Of a stretch of DNA of 22,422 bases, positions 15,396 through 22,422 are shown piece by piece (position 1 is the stretch's first letter; each line of letters begins with the position of its first letter). The notes under the pieces were generated by a model. It saw only the letters and a program-made list of their open reading frames with translations. It was not told where the DNA came from and made no database searches. The stretch covers positions 1 through 22,422 of the forward strand of contig CAXXTH010000007.1 of assembly GCA_963668025.2 (NCBI GenBank), written 5' to 3'. A program made the position numbers and the translations under genes. Source of the DNA: Candidatus Hydrogenedentota bacterium. GTDB lineage: Bacteria; Hydrogenedentota; Hydrogenedentia; Hydrogenedentales; SLHB01.

Positions 15396-17838
15396 CACGC
15401 TGTTTGTCAGCGTGTTTCTTCTCAGTGTGCTGGTTTTTATTGGATTAGCCGCGCTGGCAGGGTATTGGCTGGGCAAAGCCCCAGAGCCGAGCGGCGAGCA
15501 AGAAGCTGCGCTTGCGGAAAACGCTGGTGCAGAGGGCGCTCCGTTGAAATATGTTGAAGAGACGCCTATATATTGTTGCATCAATACAGCTCCCGGCGCT
15601 GATATCGCTGCCGCAGCCCTTGAGATCAAGATGGCCGCGGAGAATGGCGTCCATCAATATGTGCTCTCCGTTGCGCCATCATGGCCTGGCCAGGAAGAAA
15701 CCGCCGGGTTTCTCAGTACTCCGGTCGAAACCGTCTTACAGGCTGATCCCGCGGCGCATATTCTGCTTCAGGTTGAGCTCGATCCTCCGGCGGCTTGGCT
15801 TTCACAGCATCCCGCCGCCGCTGTATCCGTGGATGGGGCGTTACAGACAAGTCCATGCGTGGCCTCGCCCGAATGGTTCGATGGCGCGAAAGAGGTTCTG
15901 GAGCAACTCATCAGCCAAGTAAAAGCCCATGAGTATCCCATCACGGGATATATCCCAGAGTGCCTGCGCAATGGAAGATGGCTTCGGGAAGGCGGATATG
16001 ATACTTCGGAGGCGAATCTGTCCGCTTTTCGCGCCTGGCTTAAAACACGATACGGCAGTGAAGATGCATTGCGCGCCGCTTGGGGGAATGAGCGCGCTTC
16101 ATTCGGCGAGGTGCAGCTCCCAAAACAACTGGATTCGGCCGATACCGGGAATGTTTTTTACCGTACGCCGGAAGAACAGTCCAATATCGATTTTCTCACG
16201 TTTAATTCGGATAACACGGTGAGTGTGCTCATCGCGTTGGCGGCGCATATCAGGCAATGCGCAGGGCCTGATACGCGCGTGTTGCTGCCCTATGGCGATT
16301 CCTACGAATCATTGTCCAATTTTACCACCCATCTGGCCCTTGGCCGCGTGCTGGATGGGCCAGTGGATGGATTCGCCAGCCCGGTTTCCTACCATGATCG
16401 CGGCGTGGGCGGCGTGGGCGGTTTCATGGGGCCCGTGGATTCCGCGCGCATGCACGGGAAGCGATGGTATTTGGTGGATGACACGCGCACGGGTATTAGC
16501 CGCGATGCCGCAAGCGGCGAGGCCGCCCATTTGGCTGGCCTTCGTATTGAAGACGTCTATAATGTACAGAAGCGCAATTTCGCCGCAGCCCTCGGGCATG
16601 GCCTCGGCTTGTTCTTTTGCGACCCAGAGGGGAAAGGGGCCCTTCTGGATGCGCCGATGTGGAAGCAGTTTGGCGGCATGTTCACGGCTTATGCGGATTT
16701 CTGGCGCGAAATAAACGCCAGCGGGCAGAATACAGCCGGGCAAGCGCCCGTTGAACTGAATCCGGCGTCACGCGTTTCGGTATGCGTGGTGATTGACGAA
16801 GCCAGCCGTTTCATACAACGTTGCGATGAAGCCTTGAATGGGCGTCTTCTTCTCGAGGGCCGTGACAGCGCTCTAATGAGCGGCGCACCCGCGGAATTTT
16901 GTTTACTGCAGGATGTCCTGGATGGGCGGGCCGCTCCGGCCTCCGTATATCTGTTTTTAAATCTGTTCCGCCTCGACGAAGGCTCCCGCCAGCGTTTGCA
17001 TGAGCTCCTTGCGAAAGGCAACGCCACCGCGATTTGGATGTATGCACCAGGTTATTTCGCGCAAACAGCTTCCGTGGACAACATCGCGGCTACCACCCTT
17101 CTGAATGTGAAAGCCTTTGACGCGCCTGAACCGTGCGGTTCCTCGTATAGCCTTGATGCGAAACTCATCCGCTCGGGGGAAGCGTTTGGCGAGGAAATGA
17201 AACTTGCGCCTCTCTTTTACATTGACTCCGAAACAGATCCGAACTTGGCTGTTTTGGCTCAATATCGTTCATCAAAAAAAACGAGCGCCGCCATCAAGTT
17301 TCTCGAACAAGGCTGGGCCTCGGTCTATGTGGCCGAACCGGCCATGACACCGGAATTGCTTCGGCAGATTCTGTTGATTATCGAAGAGCACTCCTATGTG
17401 AAGGGAGCAGTGGGCCAAGCACAGGATGTGTCTTATTTCGGTCCCAATTTAATTGCCATTCATGCGAAAGGGGCGGGCGATTGGGAGCGGGTTATCGAGT
17501 TCAAGGGATTCAATGATGTAAAGGATGTTCTGGACGAGGGGATCGGGTGGCCGCATAAGCAGGGCGTCAGCTTTTCGATGCGGTTCGGCGAAACTCGAAT
17601 TCTGAAACTGACGCCTTCTCCTGTTGATGTGGAAGAAGCCGGGACCGCGCCTGGCGAAGCGGGCACGGAAACTGCCTCAGGCGAGGCCGCCCCGGAAACA
17701 GCGCCTATTGTCGAGACGCCGCCATCACCCGAACAACCAGTAGCTCCGGAAACGCCTGCTGAACCTGCGCCTGCTGAGCCTGATGCTGGAGCGGAGCCGG
17801 AGCCGTCTTCGGGCCTGACGCCGATTAACCCGCCGTAA
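15373..17838 (+). CDS. Membrane-anchored GH42/beta-galactosidase-like protein with a Pro/Glu/Ala-rich C-terminal tail
   Basis: N-terminal TM; AFRAWLKTRYGSEDALRAAWG, ASPVSYHDRG, HGKRWYLVDDTRT; trimerisation-like region (VVIDE, YLFLN, IWMYAPGY); low-complexity tail of about 70 aa. Confidence 0.75.
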   Translation: MLGRGLSSTLFVSVFLLSVLVFIGLAALAGYWLGKAPEPSGEQEAALAENAGAEGAPLKYVEETPIYCCINTAPGADIAAAALEIKMAAENGVHQYVLSVAPSWPGQEETAGFLSTPVETVLQADPAAHILLQVELDPPAAWLSQHPAAAVSVDGALQTSPCVASPEWFDGAKEVLEQLISQVKAHEYPITGYIPECLRNGRWLREGGYDTSEANLSAFRAWLKTRYGSEDALRAAWGNERASFGEVQLPKQLDSADTGNVFYRTPEEQSNIDFLTFNSDNTVSVLIALAAHIRQCAGPDTRVLLPYGDSYESLSNFTTHLALGRVLDGPVDGFASPVSYHDRGVGGVGGFMGPVDSARMHGKRWYLVDDTRTGISRDAASGEAAHLAGLRIEDVYNVQKRNFAAALGHGLGLFFCDPEGKGALLDAPMWKQFGGMFTAYADFWREINASGQNTAGQAPVELNPASRVSVCVVIDEASRFIQRCDEALNGRLLLEGRDSALMSGAPAEFCLLQDVLDGRAAPASVYLFLNLFRLDEGSRQRLHELLAKGNATAIWMYAPGYFAQTASVDNIAATTLLNVKAFDAPEPCGSSYSLDAKLIRSGEAFGEEMKLAPLFYIDSETDPNLAVLAQYRSSKKTSAAIKFLEQGWASVYVAEPAMTPELLRQILLIIEEHSYVKGAVGQAQDVSYFGPNLIAIHAKGAGDWERVIEFKGFNDVKDVLDEGIGWPHKQGVSFSMRFGETRILKLTPSPVDVEEAGTAPGEAGTETASGEAAPETAPIVETPPSPEQPVAPETPAEPAPAEPDAGAEPEPSSGLTPINPP

Positions 17839-20673
17839 TGAGGACTGGCGCTCCCTCGGGAATCCGGGAAAAGGCAGTTAGCACATCATTGTTCCGAAGG
17901 CGGATGCAGCCATGGCTGGACGGCGTGCCGATGTTTTCCTCGCCATTGGTGCCGTGGATATAGATAAACCGTTCCGCCGAGTCCACATCGCCGCCTTTGT
18001 TCAATCCGGGTTCTTCCCCATCAAGCAGTAGCACCCGAGTCAGCACGAGATCTTCTTTTGCGTCCATGCCGGGTTGCCAGCGTTCGGCGGTGGGCGCGCG
18101 GGAACGGAAAACCTGCCCCCACGGCAGTCCGTCTCCGAGTTTTTTGCTTACTACATGCCATCCCTCCGGGGTCATCATGCTGCCCATCTTGGAGCCAACG
18201 CCCTTGGCGGCTGTTGAACAGGGCGCTTCCCACACGATATTACGGCCTTTTAGCAGCCGCATTTTTTGCTCCTTCACCGACACCCATACGCCCTCGGCTT
18301 GGCCTACGCGCGATTCCCATTGCTTTGCAGCGAGCAGAGCGGCTTGCCCTTCCGTAAGGCGTCCAAAACCATTCTCCACCCGCTGCTCGATGTGAACCGG
18401 AGTTTGCGCTGGAGCGGCGTTATCCACCGGCACGCCGGGCGGCACTATCAGCGTATATCCTTTATCTTGCGCATATTGTAGCGCCACCTTGCCCACGGGT
18501 GTGGGGATGTCTAGTTCCATCCGCGTCAGGCTTGTGGGCATATGCGGCTCAAACCGGATGGCTTTCCATCCTGGCTTGGCTGGCGTAAGGCCAGCCACTT
18601 GTTCCGCGATGAGATAAATGGGGCTGCTGCTCCAGGGATGGCACCAGCTTGTATTCTGTTTTTGGTCTGGCCCCCAGACTTCCATGCATGCCGTCGCTCC
18701 ATGGCGTATCATTTCCTGCCAGGAATGCTCGTCTTCCGACATTAGGAGGTTATATGCCAGCTCCGGCTCACCCGCCGCATAACAGGCTTCGATAACAAAA
18801 GGAGCTATATACACGCCGCAATTGAGGCGTTTTTCTCGAATGAGGGCAATAATTTGGGGCTTATTTTCGTCAGGAACCATGCCGAAAGCCAGGGGCAAGG
18901 CGTTTGTGTGTAACGAGCTGTGCTTCGAGCCTGGCGCGTCTACAAACAGGCCCGAGGCGGGATCGAGCAGCCGGGCGACAAACGCTTGGCGTACCCGTTC
19001 CGCGCGGGCCTCATAGTCCTCCGCGCCATCCAATTCGACGGCGCGGCAGATTTCTGCAGCCGCTTTGAGGGAGGCATAATACCATGCGTTGAGGACGGCG
19101 TTTGCCCCAGGCGTGCCGAAATCATATCCATCGCGCGTTTCCGGCGGCCAATCCACGAGTATTGTCTTCCCTCGAAAATCCGAGAGCAGGCCATCTTCAT
19201 CCTCGAAGGCGGCAAAGTGAGAGTAGAGCTTGTCAAAGGCTTCATCCGCCATGCGGTAGGTGAAAAAACGGTCATCCGTATAGAGGTAATAATTGCGCAG
19301 CAGCAAGGTCCATTGCAGGGAGTATTCAGCGAATTCTTGCATGTAGCTGCATGGAGCTACGCCCATGATGCCGGGATCGAGCCGTTGGGAAAGCTGAAAA
19401 TCCCGGATTGCCTTTCGCGATAATGAAGGATCGCCAGTGAGATACAGATGCGAATGGCTGGCGATAAGGGTGTCGCCGAGATATTGGCCTTTCTCTCGGG
19501 TCGGGCAATCGACGAATCCCCCTTGCGCGCCGAGCATGACGCCATTGCGGCATAGCGCCCAAATGGATTCAAGGATAGGTTCGGACGCGTTGAATTTGCT
19601 GGCTTCCGGGTTGAAGGGATAATGCCGCACCATGGCCCATACTTCCGGTTTCGCGGGCGCGTTCAGGATTTCGATGTACCGGAATCCCTTGTAATCGAAA
19701 AACTCGATTGTGTCATCATTTCCGGACAAGATAGGGAATTCTTGATAGGTGCAGGTTGCCCGGAGCTGGTAGCGCACCGTATCTGGACCTTCAAGCTCTT
19801 CGCCATGGCGGACCTCGAGCGCATGGCCTTCGGGGCCTTTAATGCGTATCCGGGTATGGCCGGTGAGTTCCGTGCCGAAATCATAGAAATAATGGCCTGG
19901 TTCTTTCTCTTTCACGAGGACGGGATCGGCGCGCCAAATCTGGAGCGGTTGGGTATCTGCTTTGACAAAGCCATGATCTTGCCAGCCGGTGAGCGGCGCA
20001 GGCCAGGAAGAATCATCAAATCCATATTCCCGCCAGCCTAATGGCTCCATGCGCATATCGATGTTTTCAAGAAATTGCGTTTCGTAGCCTATGGTATCTC
20101 CCGTGGGAAAAGCTTCCGAGCGCAGGCAGCGCCATGCGGGGTCCGTTGATATATCCAGTGAGCTTCCGTCTTCGAAGGTGATAGTGAGCAGCGCCACAAA
20201 ACCCGACCGGTTATCCGCACTGTTCCAGACCCGGTTACGCAAGCCTTGATAATAGACATGGCTGGCAAGGCAATTCCGCCTGCTTGGAGATAGGATGTCA
20301 CATCGATTTCGTAATATGGATACGCGAAAGGATACCCCGGCTCGGGGCCTTGCACGGCATATTGGCCGTTGATGTACAGGATGCAATAATCATCCGCGGA
20401 AAAACGCAGTATGGCGGATGCCGGTTTTTTATCGAGCATAAATTCATGGCGGAAGTAGGTGTGTACGTTGCGCGGCCCTGCCGGGGCAGTTTGTTCTGTA
20501 TTCGGATACGTGATGGTTTCCACACCGGCAAACAAGGGATCACGCAGCCATTGCGCTTCGCCAAAAGCCTGGCCTGCCGCTTTTGATGCAGTCAGAAAAG
20601 CCAGCCCCATTACTGCAATACAAACGGCATAGAACAACGTACGATTCCTGTCGTGTTTGTCACAACGTATCAT
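17825..20673 (-). CDS. Secreted alpha-L-rhamnosidase (GH78) fused to a C-terminal L,D-transpeptidase (YkuD) domain; one frameshift near 20277
   Basis: Signal peptide; YFRHEF, SADDY, YINGQ..GP (ORF 20089-20673) continuing as NCLASHVYYQG in ORF 17825-20386. GH78 motifs DFGTE, DCPTREKGQYLGD, VDWP, GATACMEVW, SWCHPWSS. YkuD motifs TPEG, IYIHGT, SHGCIRL. Confidence 0.88.
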
Positions 20674-21479
20674 GATTTGAAGCGCATTCTATCTTGGAAA
20701 GAAGGTAGATCGCACCTTAGGCGGGAGCCCAAGGCCAAGTGCAGTGGCAAATGGTCGCTTAGAAATGCCTTATCCCCTTTTACGGTTTTGATGCACTCCC
20801 AGCCGAGGACTGTCAAATGCGCTCACATGTTCAACCATGGTCTCATGCACCCAGATTTGGTCGCATCGAGGCTTATCGATGCCGGTGGATTCGACCGTGC
20901 AGCCGGTTAGCATGCCTGCAATCCATGTATCCTTCTTGCATGAGATACGCCGCGCGCCGCGCCATCGGGGCCTTCGTTAAAATCACCTGCAATCACATGG
21001 GGCCTTGGGTATTCCCCGCAACACGCTAGCTATGTCCGAAGCCCGCGCGCACAGCGGCCTTTTCGGGCCCGAGCGTGCGCCCTGATTCGACGATCGGATA
21101 TTGCAGACTCGGACCGGACGCCCTTCCGACAGGCGCACCTCGCAGATCTGCCACATTCGCTGGGGTTGCTGCTCGATACGGTCCGATTGCGTCACCAATT
21201 CGCCTTTTCGCCCAGAAAACAGCCCCGCCATACTGCGGTTGTTTACCTCCCGGACAATAATATCCCTCCAGTTTTAGTGATTGCGAAAGGGTGTTGAACG
21301 TTTCCATATTTTGCACTTCTTGCAGGCACAGCACATCCGGCCGCAACCGGCGATACAGCGCCACGAGGCGCCGTAGAATCGCTGGATCCGCCGGACCTGG
21401 CTCTGTTCCTTCAAAAGGCGCGCCTTTGGCACCAGAAGGCATTATGGCTCACTATATGAACAAGTTTTTTTTCACGCAT
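20670..21479 (-). CDS. Endonuclease/exonuclease/phosphatase (EEP) family protein, with multiple frameshifts
   Basis: Stitched: MREKKLVHIVSHNAFW, PDVLCLQEV, YGGAVF, VIAGDFNE, RCDQIWV, FLSDHLPL. As read, the stop forms an ATGA overlap with the GH78 start. Confidence 0.85.
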
Positions 21480-21744
21480 AAGACTCGGCCCGTTGCGATA
21501 GGCGCACGCATCACTGCCTCCTCAGCCCATTGGCTTTCGTTCCCGATGCCGCACATCCCCACGGCAAAAGCTCCCAGGATGATAGGTGGAGCTTGTCCTC
21601 AGATCAAGTCTGCTGCATTGGGTATGCGCCATGAAAGTAGGAGCACTTTGAAATAGGGGTGAAGTTTCTCGTTGTGAGCGGCTCCAATCCAAACGTGCGC
21701 CATCCCGGTATAGGCGTGCTTGGAATGTCTTGCGTTTTCCGATC

Positions 21745-21972
21745 AGCCTGCTTTGAGCAGGCTCCCCCCTTAGCCCCTGGCTTCAGCCAGGGTGGAGAGT
21801 TCGGACCAACAATCAAGAGCGCGCTTTAGCGCGGCTTCACGGGGGAGCTTTAGCGAAAAGAGGCCTGCTGAAGCGGGTCGAGAAGCCACGCTAAAGCGTG
21901 CTTCTTCAGGCGCTTCACGACGATCCACCCTGGCTGAAGCCAGGTGCTAAGGAGAGCCCGCTCAAGCGGGCT
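21745..21972. repeat. Composite palindromic array of short hairpins (REP/BIME- or IS200/IS605-end-like)
   Basis: Outer arm AGCCTGCTTTGAGCAGGCT..CCTTAGCCCCTGGCTTCAGCCAGGGTGGA versus the reverse complement of the right arm AGCCCGCTTGAGCGGGCT..CCTTAGCACCTGGCTTCAGCCAGGGTGGA. Inner pair GCGCGCTTTAGCGCGGCTTC / GAAGCCACGCTAAAGCGTGC. Confidence 0.85.
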
Positions 21973-22150
21973 AAGGGGACGTGCGGATAGTGAAAGAAAC
22001 AGCAGGCAATCTTGAAGCGTTCAACAGGCGGTACGAACCTTTTTATTGGGCAAGGCGCTCGGTGTATATACTTATTTGTCGAAATCTAGTTTCTTTGCAT
22101 GGATTTTCTGTGTAAATCAATATACATCAACTCGTTAGAGACCAGATTTC

Positions 22151-22254
22151 CACAACGAAGAACACGAAGTAAAACGATATCAATCCTAGATTTTCATCTG
22201 TGTCATCTGCGTCATCTGTGGAAAATCTTCGTGTTCTTCGTTTTCTTCGCGGTG
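22151..22254. repeat. Cluster of 9-bp-period trimers in inverted arrangement
   Basis: TCATCTGTG TCATCTGCG TCATCTGTG (22194-22220); TCTTCGTGT TCTTCGTTT TCTTCGCGG (22226-22252); an imperfect inverted copy of the latter at 22151-22178. Confidence 0.75.
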
Positions 22255-22422
22255 CGAAATCCGAATCTTTAGTTGCGGCTATGCTGCTGTATGTTCATAT
22301 ACAAAAGAAAGGCGGTTTTTCCGCAAAACGCATCAATACTCTTTTGGTGGCGCACACCCCGCTTCATTCGGCCTCTTGACACGAGTAGCCAGGCAGGATT
22401 ATTCCTATAGTTGTGGGAGGGT

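Noticed and set aside
21490-21600. Possible riboswitch upstream of the EEP gene (hairpins TGCCG..CGGCA and AAGCTCC..GGAGCTT)
   Set aside because: Only short stems and a weak resemblance to c-di-GMP-I motifs; it would need an Infernal search.
21745-22254. Possible CRISPR array
   Set aside because: The repeats are inverted or tandem without regular unique spacers, and there are no cas genes.
22376-22412. TTGACA promoter at the right edge
   Set aside because: No good -10 at 16-18 bp spacing, and the downstream gene lies outside the window.

Overview
A GC-rich bacterial chromosomal window of core and cell-envelope genes, with no phage, CRISPR array or transposase. Gene style suggests a PVC-like or Ca. 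Hydrogenedentota-like organism (inference only). From left to right it holds: a frameshifted secreted glycoside-hydrolase-like gene; a pyrR-pyrB-pyrC operon with a sigma70 promoter and a leader terminator; a divergent tRNA-His followed by a GDP-mannose 3,5-epimerase-like gene; a minus-strand envelope cluster (hypothetical protein, YvyF-like Zn-ribbon protein, an unannotated 54-aa membrane peptide, amidase, GerMN, murI, divergent polysaccharide deacetylase, tsaD); a GT2-ispA-GH42-like operon; a GH78 alpha-L-rhamnosidase fused to an L,D-transpeptidase (YkuD) domain; and a frameshifted EEP-family gene. Several REP/MITE-like palindrome families and 9-bp-period repeats sit mainly in intergenic spaces. 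Single-base frameshifts cluster at both ends (about 240-3000 and 20270-21450) while the middle is clean, which is most consistent with assembly error. The most notable observations are the GH78-YkuD fusion, a non-canonical tRNA-His (G1:U72, A73), a PyrR lacking most known RNA-binding residues, a GH42-like probable pseudoenzyme and a tandemly duplicated ~100-aa domain in the deacetylase. Comparisons with reference proteins and family motifs are from memory, not from database searches.
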